Assembly: GCA_964016885.1 (NCBI GenBank)
Contig: OZ024747.1
Coordinates: 47,554,001 to 47,618,000 of the forward strand
Direction of reading: 5' to 3'
Length of the DNA stretch: 64,000 nucleotides
Origin: Eledone cirrhosa
Taxonomy: Eukaryota
Under the pieces are notes generated by a model. It ran no database searches and had not been told where the DNA came from. It saw only the letters and a program-made list of their open reading frames with translations. Position 1 is the first letter of the stretch. Each line of letters opens with the position of its first letter. This document shows positions 37,424 to 50,771 of the stretch, in pieces. Position numbers and translations under genes: made by a program.

Positions 37424-37793
37424 TTAATAAAAGGAATTCCAACTTTGTCTGTCCGATTTACTCGTTTTATTTACAATCCTTTAAAATTATAATGGTATTA
37501 TAATGAAATAGTATGGTAGAATATTAAATGTTAAATGTTAATTGAACAAGTACTTTCATGCTTTCGCAATCTTCAGGTTCATATTCTGTGGTGACAGTCA
37601 AGTTTGCAATTTTCAACTTGAGTGTCACCACTGAATATGAAACTGAATATTGCGAAAGCATGAAAGTACTTGTTCAATTAACATTTAACATTTAATATTC
37701 TACCATACTATTTCATTATAATATCATTATAACTTTAAAGGATTGTAAATAAAATGAGTAAATCAGACAAAGTCGGAATCCTTTTTATTAATA
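37422..37793. repeat. ~370-bp palindrome containing a minimal type I hammerhead ribozyme (Penelope-like inverted pLTR)
   Basis: Long inverted arms centred near 37608; minus strand 37543-37581 reads TGAAC-CTGAAGA-TTGCGAAAGCAT-GAAA-GTAC-TT-GTTCA. Confidence 0.7.
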
Positions 37794-37852
37794 TAATCTT
37801 CTATACACAATCATACACACCCGTGTATACTTATTTATATATATATATATAT

Positions 37853-38098
37853 CATCATCATCATCATCATCAACGTTTAACGTCCGTGTTCCACGCTTGC
37901 ATGGGTTTGGACGGGGGTAGTCCCACTTGAGGCAAGAGTGATTGTCTTGCTCGCATAGGACTGTCTGGCAGGTTTTCTACAGTTGGATGCCCTTCCTAAC
38001 ACCAACCACATTTACAGTGTGGGTCTGGGAGGTTTTTACCGTGTTGCCTACACGGCCACATTACAGCGTGGACTGTGTGTTTTTTTGTCGTGACACCT
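37853..38098 (-). mobile_element. Severely 5'-truncated young RTE insertion (3' UTR only)
   Basis: Essentially identical to 20841-21087 including the GGGGGTAGTCCCACTTG variant; (GAT)n tail; (TA)n flanks. Confidence 0.9.
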
Positions 38099-38135
38099 CG
38101 GTATATATATATATATACATGTCGTGACACCTCGG

Positions 38136-38194
<59 letters not shown>

Positions 38195-38234
38195 ATACAT
38201 ATATATGTATATGTATATATATATATGTATATAT

Positions 38235-41112
38235 CATCATCATCATCAACGTTTAACGTCCGTGTTCCACGCTTGCATGGGTTTGGACGGGGGTATTCCC
38301 ATTTGAGGCAAGAGTGATTGTCTTGCTCGCATAGGACTGTCTGGCAGGTTTTCTACAGTTGGATGCCCTTCCTAACACCAACCACATTTACAGTGTGGGT
38401 CTGGGAGGTTTTTACCGTGTTGCCTACACGGCCACATTACAGCGTGGACTGTGTGTTTTTTTGTCGTGACACCTACATGATCTCATTTGTTTCGGCCTGG
38501 ATGGTGTGGCACCAACATAACTTTACATAGAAGGGGGCGGTGTGGATGGGGTGGGGGTGGTGGGACGGGGGTGTATTTTGTTAGAGATGCCTACTGACTG
38601 TAGTAGGTTTTACTTTGTATTTAGGTAAGGCGGGTCTTCTCTATTACTGAGTACCGCCAAAGGTCTCGGTCCAGTGACATTGTCTTGGTGAGGTGTAAGT
38701 GTGTGAGGTCGGAGTTTATCAGCTCGTCCCAGGTTTTTCTGGGTCTGCCTATTCCGTGGCTACCGTCTATCTTTATTGCCCTGCACTTTGTTATACAGCT
38801 ATCATCCTTCATGCGCATCACGTGACCATACCAACGTAGCCTTCTCTCTAGTAAACAACATCTGATCCCTCTTATTTCTAATTTTTTCCTTAGTTCGTTT
38901 ATGCTTTGTCGTTCACGTATATTACTATTACACATCCAGCGGAGCATGCAAGCTTCGTTTCTCTCTAGTCTGCGTATATCCTCTGCACACAATGCCCAGG
39001 TCTCACTGCCATGCAACATTGCTGTTCGTATGCAGGCATCGTACAGCCTGCCTTTCATTTTTAGGGAGAACCCTTTAGCGGCTAATAGTGGTATAAGCTC
39101 TCTGAACTTTTTCCACCTAGTTCTGACTCTAGCTACTGTACTTTCAGAGCACCCTCCCCCACTGCTGATTTTGTCACCCAGGTAACGGAAGCTGTCCACT
39201 ATTTCTATAGAACCCTCTGCGCAGTTGAAAGAGCTAGTATTTTGTGGGCACTTGCTGCTACTTATATCCCCAGAACACCGGCCACATGTAAAATCTATGT
39301 TCTTAGTTAGCTTACCTGTGATCCCACTACATCTTTTATGCACCCAAACTTTGCATTTGGGACACAAAATGGAATTTCTACCTACGCCTTTCCTACACTC
39401 TGCGCATGGCCACTTCCCGGAGGGGACCGCCGCCTTATTTTCTTTCTTACAAACTAGAACTTTAGTCTTAGCTAGGTTAATTTTAAGGCCTTTTGATTCT
39501 AGGCCGTGCTTCCATGTTTGGAATTTCCTCTCTAGTTCAGCCATTGATTCAGCTATAAGCGTTAGATCATCAGCGTATAGGAGTTCCCATGAGCAGCCGG
39601 TCTTGAACTCCACTGTTATAGCCTGGAGGGCAATAATAAATAGTAGGGGGCTAAGAACAGAGCCCTGATGAACACCAACTTTTACACTAAACTCTTCACT
39701 ATATTCGTTGTTAATTCTAACCTTGCTAACTGTTTCTTTATACATGGCTTGTATAGCTCTCACAAGCCATTCATCAACACCTAGTTTTCTAAGAGCCCAC
39801 CAGATAATGGAACGGGGGACTCTGTCGAAGGCCTTCTCCAAGTCGACGAAAGCTAAGTATAGGGGTTTACTTTTAGCTAGGTACTTCTCCTGTAGTTGTC
39901 GTACAATGAAAAGAGCGTCTGTGGTACTTTTTCCTGACACAAACCCGAACTGCATTTCATCTAGATCAATTCGCTCTCTGATTAGTTGCGCTATAACTTT
40001 TTCCGTGACCTTCATGACCTGGTCGATTAATTTAATGCCTCTATAGTTACTCCTATCTAGGGCATCTCCTTTACCCTTATAACAGTTAATGATAATGCTG
40101 CTGCGCCAGTCCTTCGGAACAACCCCATTCTGTATGACTTGGTTGACTATCCGGGTGACCATGGTGTGTCCCACCGTACCAGATGCCTTCAGCATCTCGG
40201 CAACTATTTCCGAAGGCCCAGCCGCCTTGCCTGTCTTCATATCTTTGATTGCCTTACTTATTATACTACTCTCAACTAACACTGCTGGTCCCTCTATTGG
40301 GTCGATGTGGGGGAGACTGTCTTTCTCCCATTTATTCTCCTCATTTAGTAGCCTTTCATAGTGACACTTCCAAGCTACCTTCTTATCGGCGTCGGTGATG
40401 GCAAGTATGCCGTCATCGTTAAGTACACACTTCTCCCCGACAATATCACTGTTTTCCTTGACACATTGCCTAGCAATCCTGAACACCTCACGTTTTTGGT
40501 CATCGCGTTGTAGAACATGCTTGAACTTTCTTTCCTCTGCTTCCCTTCTTGCGAAGTACACTTGTCTCCTAGCTTCCCTCCTGGCCACTTGATAGTCTTC
40601 TCTGCTTCCCCCATCCCGCCATACTTTCCAAGCCTGCTTTTTGGCCTTAATTGACCCCTCCACCTTGCTGTTCCACCACTATGTTACTCTCCTCCTGCTT
40701 ACAGGCCTGCTCCAGCCACAGACTTCGTCTGCCGCCGTCAGCAGGTTTGCTTTCAGGAATTCCCACTGTTCCTCTACCTTGTACGTCTTTAATTTCTCTT
40801 CCTCACTGTCGAAAGCATCAAGTAATATGCTTTGGAATTTATTTTTGGCTGTGGGGTCCTTTAGCTTCCATATTTTTCTCCTGAGGATAGTCCTCTTCTG
40901 TTGTCTAGTACGTCTCGTCCTGACTATTATGTCGCTACTTATCAGTCTATGTTGGGAAGTGCATTCTTCATGGGGGAGGGATTTAGTGTTTACGACAGTC
41001 ACTTTGTCACGTCTTCTGGTAAGGATATAATCTACCTGGCTAGTATGTTCCCCTGATCTGTAGGTGATCAAGTGATTGTCTCGTTTTTTGAAGTTAGTGT
41101 TGCAGATAGTTA

Positions 41113-41113
<1 letters not shown>
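38235..41113 (-). mobile_element. 5'-truncated RTE LINE copy with premature stop
   Basis: ORFs 40679-41071 and 38621-40663 are one frame broken by TGG>TAG at 40679-40681; PHD and YADD retained; (TA)n flanks. Confidence 0.95.
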
Positions 41114-41154
<41 letters not shown>

Positions 41155-42395
41155 CATCATCATCATCATCACTGTTTCATGTCCATTTTTCCATGCTAGC
41201 ATGGGTTAGATGAGTTGCTCCGTTGTGAGACAAGACATGGTCATCGGATCTTGCTCATACAGAACAGGTTTTGGCTTGGTTTCTATGGCCGGATGCCCTT
41301 CCTTACACCAACCACATTACCAGTTTCTCTCTCAGTTCTTCGAAGCTCTGCCTTTCTCTCATGTTTACATTCCACATCCAGCGAAGCATGACTGCTTCAT
41401 CTCTCTTCAGTCTATGCATGTCTTCTGCAGTCACTGCCCATGTTTCACTATTATGCAGCATCGCACTTCCCAGACAGGCATCATACAGTCATCCTTTTGT
41501 AAGTAGGGAGAAATCTTTTCTTGTCAACAGTAGCTCTCTAAATTTCTTCCATCCTATCCTTATTCTAGTTATTATGCTTTCGGCGCACCCTCCTCTGCTG
41601 CTAATTAGTTCACCTACATAGCATAAGCTATCAACCACTTCTATGAACCCTTCCTGTAATTTGAAGAAGTTTATATCACGAATGCTCTTTCCCTCGAATA
41701 CTCCTGTGCATCTTCTTTTCCTTTTAGTCTACCCATTATCCCACTACATCTCTTGTATATCCAAGATTTACATCATGTACAGCATATGGAGTTTATGCCT
41801 ACTCCTTTTCTATATATTGAGCAGAGCCTCTTCCCTGAAGGAATCCTGCTTGTACCTTGAATTCTTCACTAAACTTACTTCTTACTCTCACTTTACTGAC
41901 AGCTCTTCTGTACATGGTTTGCACAGTTCTCATAAGCCATTTTTCTACATCTAATTTCCTTAAAGACCACTAAATAATGGATTGAGTTACTCTGTCAAAG
42001 GCTTTTTCTTGATCAACAAAAGCTAAATATAGTGGCATATTCTCCTGTAGTTGCCTCACTTAGAAGCGGGCATCTGTAGTACTTTCCCCAGGCATGAAAT
42101 CAAACTGCATATTGTCTAATCTTACACTTTCCCTGATTACTTGCACTATAACTCTTTCTGTCACTTTCATAACTTGATCCATTAGTTTTATTCTTCTATA
42201 GTTGCTCCTTTCTAGAGCATCACATTTGCCCTTGTAGCAATTTATGATTGTACTGCTGCAACAGCCATTGGGTATGAGTCCGTCATGTATTACCTGATTA
42301 ACTACAAGGGTTACTAGTTTGAATCCTACCCCTTCCAATGCTTTAGCATCTTAGCAACTAACTCTGATGGTCCTGCTGCTTTACCATTGAACCCA
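41155..42395 (-). pseudogene. Older, decayed relative of the PHD-RTE family
   Basis: Peptide IINCYKGKCDALERSNYRRIKLMDQVMKVTERVI; (GAT)n tail at 41155; deletions and stops. Confidence 0.85.
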
Positions 42396-43202
42396 GTAAT
42401 TGTTTTTGCTTTATTTTGGTTGTGGTGGTGGTAGGGGGACATAAACTAACAGCAAATATAAACACACACACATGAACAGACACACATGCACAGACACACA
42501 CATGCTTAGACACATGCATAGACACACACACATACATATCATCATTTAACATCTGTTTGATGATGACGACAATGATGATATGTTTGCTAGACATGGTTTT
42601 TTTTGGCAAAAGTTTTCTGGCTGGATGCCCTTCCTATCACCAAGCATTTTACAGTGTGGACTGATGAACTGGGTGCATTTTATCATGCTACCAGCATTAG
42701 AGAGGTTGTCTGTCTGGACTTAAGAGTTCTCTTTACTCTGTCTCAGTTTTAATTCTGAGTAACTGGTCTCTTAGACAGGTTGCCTACACTATAGATTATG
42801 CAGTACTCACATATAAGGTGGGTGACAAGCACATAAAATATAGAAAATATTGAAATAGACATAAAATAATCAGTAAGTAAATATTTGTTGGGAGAATAAA
42901 CAATTAATTCAGTATAGTTTTGATAAAGTTATTGAAATGTGGTCCTAGCATGTGTGGACACACATACATGCACACACGGAGCCTGATTTAATGGGGGGGG
43001 GGGACAAAGGGACCCCCCCCCCCTGCAATGGGGGCCCCACTAGCAACGGCCGTAGAGCAATTTATTTGTGTCTTCTGCTAGGCTTTTTTCGTTTTATCCC
43101 TTTGACAATAAGAACTATATTTTTAACATAAACATAATTAACCATCCCACTAATTCAGAAATGCTTCCATCTCCCCTGTATATACATACATATATATATA
43201 TA

Positions 43203-43812
43203 TGGTGGCTGCCAACTCGTTTTCGAGTATGGCCACTACTTTATATCCATGTAGGAGAACCCCTACCGATGATCTGAACGAGTCTGACTTTTTAGTCCAG
43301 CCAGCGACTTGAAAACTCTGGTACAAACACTACACTTGTGACAATTATTGACACATAGTGCTGGGCCTATGGTACCATGTGACGACTAGTGCAGAGAGAT
43401 CTCCAGATATAAAGCAATGCCTGTGCCGTGAAGCTTTTATAGTGAGCAAAGGCACTGCACAAAGCCAGTCCCACTCTCTTAACCAAGATGATATTTACCA
43501 AAAAGAAGAACAAGTCAACATCATTGGATACCATCAGGGTTGCAGGTGTTATATCAGAGTTTTCCTTCTCCTAGCATTCTGCCTTGACAAAGGCTAAGGG
43601 GTCATCTCTCCTGGTGATTTTAGATGGCCATTGACTCTTAAGAGCTCCTTTGCCCTTTGACAGGTTTTGTTTTTAGTCCTGCAGGATGTCCAAAGTCACC
43701 CTCCTCACCAAGAAACCTTGGTGGGGTTGCCAGTTTAGTCGTCAATGACCCGACCATGAGACAGGTTGTACTGGGATACATGTTACCAGTAGCACCAACT
43801 GGTGACCTGACA
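43203..43812 (-). mobile_element. ~610-bp bipartite non-autonomous RTE-derived retroelement, copy A
   Basis: Nearly identical to 45602-46212; 3' part encodes a C2H2-like RTE C-terminus; microsatellite flanks. Confidence 0.65.
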
Positions 43813-45601
43813 TATAATATATACATATAAAAACCTTCGATATGCGATTAACATAACACGTAGAAGGTACATAAATTGTAGCGCATATACAAATAGATGT
43901 GTGTTTTGGTAGTTTGGGGAGAAAAATATAATTTGGAGAAGGGGGGGGGGGGGGCACAATGACATCACTCGGTTGCAAGCCCAATGCTCTAACCACTAAG
44001 CCGTGCACCTTCACATAAGTTTATACAGTAATCAATTAATAAAATCACAACACACCTATTAGGATAACGACAGTGATTATTTTTCAGAGGCAGATTATAC
44101 TAATTGATTATTCTATTAATTAATTTACTTTACCCATGCTTTCACTGTCATACAATCTATACAGATCAGTTCCATATAAATAGCTATAAAATTAAATTCT
44201 CTCTATGAACAGGAAATGAGAAATCGATATCTGATGAAGCAGGAGTAACTATGAAACTGAAATTAGTCCATCAATCTCTTTTTCTAGTCATAGAAAGAGA
44301 AATCTGTGATTTAACTCCTTTGATAACCCCCCCCCCCCCCCCCCCCCCGAATCTGCTCCTGGTTCTATGATAGAAATATTTGTCTATGATAGAAAGATAT
44401 TTGTCTTAAAGTATTTATATTTATCATTCCATCATAATTTTATGTGAGATCATTTGTTAGATTATGTTCCAAGCACCAGATTAATAATGAGAAATTTAGT
44501 TACTTTAGTGAATTCTTCCAAATTCTTCTTTATTGTCAAAATTAATTTCAAAAAAATCATAGGCAGTGTTTATCATTAGAAATATGGCAACAAAAGAATT
44601 AACTCGTGTTTACTTTTCACAGCAAGGCTAAATTGTTTGTTTACTAAAGACACATGCTTATAAGTTTAACTTACACACACACACACAAGCATACACACAC
44701 ACGCATACATACATACATACAAACATATATACATACATAATGGCTGTCCCTCGTTATCGAGTATGGCCATTGCACAATATAACATTATTAATAATTATCA
44801 ATCAATGTTATCGTGCAATGCCTGTGCGTGAAGATTTTTTATAAAGTGAGGAAAGACTGTGCACTGAGCCAATCCCACTCTCTGAGTGACAGTAGCTATA
44901 ACCTGAAAAGAAGAAAAGATCAACATCATTGGTAACTACTGAGCTGCAGGTTTTATGTCAGAGTTATCCCAGTTTCCTGAGTTGCCTTTTCCCAGAAGAA
45001 TGCCCTGGCAAAGGCTAGGGGTCCTTCACTCCCAGTGGTTTCACCATGCGATCAGGTATTCAGCCTGATTATTTCTATGTCCCCGTGCATATACATACAC
45101 ATGCATACATGTATATACATATATACATATATACACATGCATACATGTATATTTTCACACTTTTGGATAGCCATTGACTCTTATGAGTTCTTCCACCCTT
45201 TGTCAGGTTTTGTTTTTTGTCCTGCAAGGTGTCCAAAATCACCCTCCTCACCAAGTCGGGTCATTCTTGAGTGCTACTGGTAACATGTAACCCAGTACAA
45301 CCTGTTGCATAGTCAGGTCGTTGGCAACTAAACCGGCAACCCCACCAAGTTTACATACATACAGTCCATGCTGTAATGTGGCCGTGTAGGTAACACAGTA
45401 AAAACCTCCCAGTCCACACTGTAAATGTGGTTGGTGTTAGGAAGGGCATCCAGCCGTAGAAAAACCGCCAGACAGTCCTATACGAGCAGAACAACAAATC
45501 TTGCCTCAAGTGGGAAACCTCCCGTCCAAACCCATGCAAGCGTGGAAGATGGACGTTAAACGATGATGATGATGATGATGATGATGATGACATACACACA
45601 T

Positions 45602-46212
45602 AGTGGCTGCCAACTCGTTTTCGAGTATGGCCACTACTTTATATCCATGTAGGAGAACCCCTACCGATGCGCTGAACGAGTGTGACTTTTTAGTCCAGCC
45701 AGCGACTTGAAAACTCTGGTACAAACACTACACTTGTGACAATTATTGACACATAGTGCTGGGCCCATGGTACCATGTGACGACAAGTACAGAGAGAGAT
45801 TTCCAGATATAAAGCAATGCCTGTGCTGTGAAGCTTTTATAGTGAGCAAAGGCACTGCACAAAGCCAGTCCCACTCTCTTAACCAAGATGATATTTACCA
45901 AAAAGAAGAACAAGTCAACATCATTGGATACCATCAGGGTTGCAGGTGTTATATCAGAGTTTTCCTTCTCCTAGAATTCTGCCTTGACAAAGGCTAAGGG
46001 GTCATCTCTCCTGGTGATTTTGGATGGCCATTGACTCTTAAGAGCTCCTTTGCCCTTTGACAGGTTTTGTTTTTAGTCCTGCAGGATGTCCAAAGTCACC
46101 CTCCTCACCAAGAAACCTTGGTGGGGTTGCCAGTTTAGTCGTCAATGACCCGACCATGAGACAGGTTGTACTGGGATACATGTTACCAGTAGCACCAACT
46201 GGTGACCTGACA
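45602..46212 (-). mobile_element. ~610-bp bipartite non-autonomous RTE-derived retroelement, copy B
   Basis: Minus-strand peptide CSVCTRVFKSLAGLKSHTRSAHR-stop; diverged relatives at 44740-45350, 48590-48970, 55720-55910. Confidence 0.65.
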
Positions 46213-46232
46213 TACACACATACATACATACA

Positions 46233-46265
<33 letters not shown>

Positions 46266-46280
46266 GTTACTTTTTTACAG

Positions 46281-46417
46281 ATGATGCCCATAACTGTAGT
46301 GTATGCAATATTTCATCAATAAAAGATGCTTACCCCTTTGGAGAAAGGAATTTGAATAACAATCGATTTGTTTACCGCTCAACAAATTTAATCAACAGCG
46401 GATATAATGCAAAAGAT
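46281..46417 (+). CDS. Host gene coding exon 3 (DDAHNCSVCNISS...YPFG...GYNAKD)
   Basis: TTTTTTACAG acceptor, GAT|GTAATT donor, phase 1 to 0. Confidence 0.75.
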
Positions 46418-46542
46418 GTAATTATAAAATAACAGTTTCTATATTAAATATTATGAAAACCCTCAAAATATTAATTATTCTGTATTATCTATGGCTAAAA
46501 TTATTTAAGCATCCTTTTTTATTAGTCATGCCTATATATGTT

Positions 46543-47150
46543 CAGGGCCGGATTTAGACATTGGGGGGATCTGGGGTACTTCAGATATGGGCAGCTCCTC
46601 ATAAAACAAAAAATTAAAATACACAGCAAACCCCTAATTTTACATATCAAGCCAGTTGGCGTAAGTAATTGGAATTGAAAAGTTATATATACAGGTATTA
46701 AATTCAAAAAATCTCACCATCCTCATTTTATCTCCACTTTCCACACTGGCATGTATTGGACAGGTTGTCACAGTCTGAGACCAGATATATCGAAGCGACC
46801 ACATCTTGCTTATACATTACATATTTAGCATAGCTTCTATGGCTGGATGCCCTTCCTAACATAACCACTTTAAAGTCTTTACTGGGTGCATTGTTTTTGT
46901 GATGCCAGCACAATGACTTCACGCAGCAATCTCAAATACTTTTTATTAGAATACTGTTCTGATAACAACCTGATGTCTCTAAAGTTGAGAAAATTTGATG
47001 AATTTTGCCACAGTAAGGATATTAAATACTTTTTTTGTGAAAAATATAGTTCTCATTGCCAAAGGGAAAAAACTAAAAAGTCCAGCAGAGAGCACAAATA
47101 AATTGCAAACGCCCTTTTCCCCCCACCCACCCCCATTTAATCTGGCCCTG
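46543..47150. mobile_element. Probable hAT-type MITE with nested SINE tail
   Basis: TIR CAGGGCCRGATT at both ends; imperfect 8-bp TSD TATATGTT/TACATGTC. Confidence 0.45.
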
Positions 47151-47974
47151 TACATGTCTGTACATATATTCATTAGTCACATCTGTATTCTTATGTTGAA
47201 GACCCCTTTAGTCAGGGTTGACCATGTTTGCACCTGGAAAGTTCATCTCCAAGGTGCAGGTTTGTTGGGGAAGACCAGCAGTCACTTGTGCATGCAAGTC
47301 TCCCCAGTCCATGTCAACAAAGTTGTACAAAAGAAAGGCAGGAGCCAATACAGCTTGGAAACAGTGACTTCACAGGCAAACTTAGAACAAAAAGGGCTGA
47401 AAGGGATACCACAAGGCATCACATCTACTGCTCAAATAATTCTGTTAATAACACTGCCCTGGATTGGTACTTTATTTAATTATTGATCCAAAAAAATGAA
47501 AGGCAAAGTTGAACTTGTGTTATTTAAACTCAGAGTGCAAGTAACTGGTATGGTATGGTCTCGTAACTCCTGATGGAATCGTAGGGGTGTTGTATTGGCA
47601 TACAGCATTTCTTGGGCATTTTAAGTCTGACAGAGCCCAAACCTCTCCATGCCTAAGTACAGAAGATTTCTTTCAGAGAAGGATAGAAAGTGAGAGAGAT
47701 ATAGAGGAAGAATCAACCCTAGTACTAGAATGGTACTTTTTTATCGACCTCAAAAAGATGAAAAGCCAAGTTGACCTCGGCTTTGAACTCAGAGAACAGA
47801 GAGGCTAGACTGAATACTGCAAAGCACTGTATCAAATGTCCTAATGACCTTTTGCCAATTTGCCACCTTGCAAACAACTAGAACAAATACTAATTAAACA
47901 TTTTAATCTGATGCTCTAACAACTATACTAATTTTCCATCTTACATATTATTGTAGCATTAAATTGATGTTTAA

Positions 47975-48182
47975 CCCTTTAGCATTTACATTACTCTATA
48001 TATACTGTTGTATTTTTTAGGTAAATGCTTTATCTCACATAATATCGAATCTATGAAATTTTGATGTTATTTATTTTGAGAACAATACCTCAACGTTTGT
48101 ATGAGCCACCAGTTATGGCTGGTTTGAACAGAAAGAGGTGAGAGAATGCTGACTGGATATGGTCGGTTTAAATGCTAAAGTG
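47975..48182. mobile_element. piggyBac-type MITE copy
   Basis: TTAA flanks 47971-47974 and 48183-48186; further copies at 51980-52202 and 56231-56440. Confidence 0.75.
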
Positions 48183-48307
48183 TTAAGTAATTTATTATAT
48201 TAAGTACAAACTGTGGCAAAACACTATTCCTTCTACTACACTACATTATAAGAAAGCTTATAAAAGAATTCTGAAATAAAAAACTTTTGCTTTTCTTTTC
48301 ATGAAAG

Positions 48308-48410
48308 TGTGACAAAGGACCAAATACCATAAGAGGAATAAAAGTAAACTCATGTAACAGGAAAATTGATTGGGAGGGAAGGAAGTTCAGCTTAACTACG
48401 CATTTTGCTG
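48308..48410 (+). CDS. Host gene coding exon 4 (CDKGPNTIRGIKVNSC...SLTTHFA)
   Basis: Polypyrimidine tract + AAG acceptor, G|GTAAGT donor, phase 0 to 1; IRGI motif. Confidence 0.85.
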
Positions 48411-49523
48411 GTAAGTTAATTTTTATTGAATTATTTTATTGAAGTAATTGTTAATTGGTTTTAGTTTCTAAAAATAAGGATCAGATCGTTATTGATTCTT
48501 TAATAATTTGCTCCAATAATTTTATGTCTATATTCGAAATATGTATATATTCAAATTTAATCCAAATCCAGGGTCTTCTCACTCCTGTGGCAGAAACCCC
48601 TCCCTGGTTGACCTCCATTGCTTTCTGTTCAGTTTTGGTCATGTTGCAGGTTGGTGAGGCTATTTAACCTATAGCTGGGGTGAATCACCATTGACTCTGA
48701 GGAGTTCATCTTCCTTTTTAACAGCTCTTATTTTTTATGCTGCTGGAGTTCTACAAACCCTTCTCACCAGACCAGGGTCTAGCAAGGGAACCATTTTAGT
48801 CACCGACCACTAAACCATTAAGCAGATTGTACTGTGTTACATGATACCACTAGTAGACAGAAGTCTAACCTGACCAGACCAACGGAGGGAACCAGTTTAG
48901 TTGTCGACCACTCGACCTTAAAGCAGGTTGTACTGGGTTACATGGAACCAGCAGCAAGCCCTTACCTGACTATAAAATTTAGCACCAGCCTATGAAAAGT
49001 TGGTTCAATCTGTTTTACAAACACATGTAAAACATAAATTACTTCCACATGAAAAATATATATATATACAGTAAATTTACTGTTAATATATTTAATGTAG
49101 TGAGTTAATTAAAAATAATTATTCTGTAAAGATAAGACATTAGTCCATAACTAATATTATTTTTAATATTTCAACAAATATAGATTATTCCTCACATATT
49201 TTGGTGTTAATAGACCTTATCAGTGAAGCATCACATTCACTGTACTTACTGAAGTAATGATGAGAGTATTACTATTTATAAACACTGGTTGGCATAGAAA
49301 ATTAGAATTTTTAAAGTATAATTTACTGAAAAACTTCTCTGACTAATATATTCTCTAAAAAGTTATAATTTTCTATACCAACTATATTGTACGTTTACAT
49401 GATTTGTTCATTACTTCAGTAAGTATTGTAAATTTTATGCTTCACTGATAAGGTCTATCAGTCTTATGACTGATGCCTGTCTAGAATTGTGTCCCATACT
49501 TACTGAAATAATTAAAATAATAC

Positions 49524-49966
49524 GTGAAGGCGCATGGGTTAGTGGTTAGAGCATTGGGCTTGCAATCGAAAGGTTGTGTGTTCAATTCTCGGACCAGGTG
49601 ATGTGTTGTTTCCTTGAGCAAGACACTTTATTTCACATTGCTCCAGTTTACTCAGATGTAGAAATGAGATGATAGGACTGGGGTTCCTATTATTCCACTG
49701 CAAAGTGGTCGTGGAGGGGCCACAGCAAAAAAGCACTCAGCCCACACTGTAAAGTGGACGTGTAGGCGCCATGGAAAAAAAGCACCCAGCACCCACTATA
49801 AATGAGGTTGGTGTTAGGAAGGGCATCCAGCTGTAGAAATCAAGCCAGAATCAGTTCCCATATGAGCAAGTCAAGGTCCGCTGACCGGTCACTGCCCACA
49901 ACAGGTCAACCCGTCTAACCCATGCTAGCGTGGAAGAACGGGCGTAAAATGGTGATGATGATGATG
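49524..49966 (+). mobile_element. tRNA-derived CORE-like SINE with 3' tail shared with the RTE LINE
   Basis: A box TGGGTTAGTGG, B box GTTCAATTC, CORE-like CCTTGAGCAAGACACTT, tail GGTTGGTGTTAGGAAGGGCATCCAGCTGTAGAAA...CCCATGCTAGCGTGGAA...(GAT)n. Confidence 0.8.
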
Positions 49967-50771
49967 AATACTAATCATTGACTAATATAGCCTATTCATC
50001 ACATTATTAGTATTTCTAGTTAGAATTTTAATGTTCTCTCCATTAAATATCTTAACTCAGATTTAATTATATATACAATCACTTAATTATCAACATCAAG
50101 GGCATTTTGGTCATGATATAGAATTGTCATAGGCTTAAAAGATATTTTTAGTTTAAATGCTTTGTCATATATGAACATTGAAATGTTTTAACAATTTTTA
50201 ACGATTTATTTTATAATTAGCTTTATACCATCAAAAATAAAAAAAAAAGTAGTAATTAGTAAGATGTTAAAGATTTTGAAATAATTTAGAAAAATGAAGT
50301 CACAGTGATAGAAAAAAATTGATTTTTAAAATGTCTATTTGTTCATTTAAAATATTTATGATTTTTACATTTTTTGTAAAAATTCTAAAATTACTTTTTA
50401 TAATCTATTTTTGGTTGCATATATCTTTCTATGAGAATTTTCCTTTTGAACAATTTCATATTCTTGTTGATGCAACATTAAGTTGCTCCATTTAAATGTT
50501 GGTTCTATCAAAAATTGGACAAGCGTAGTGAGTTGGCTAGACCAAGAGAACATTAAGCTAAGTGCTCTGTGTTCCAGTTTTACTAGGACGACTTAGCATT
50601 TACCTTCTTTAGCATTGATAAAATAAGCACCTGTAATACTTTGCTGTAAAGTCAATCAAATATTTTTTCTTTAAAATCATTATCCTTGTATCTTGTCAAA
50701 AGATATCTATATTTAATACTACCTTATATGTTACAAATGAAAATATTGAATCTGATGTTTTTATTTTTCAG

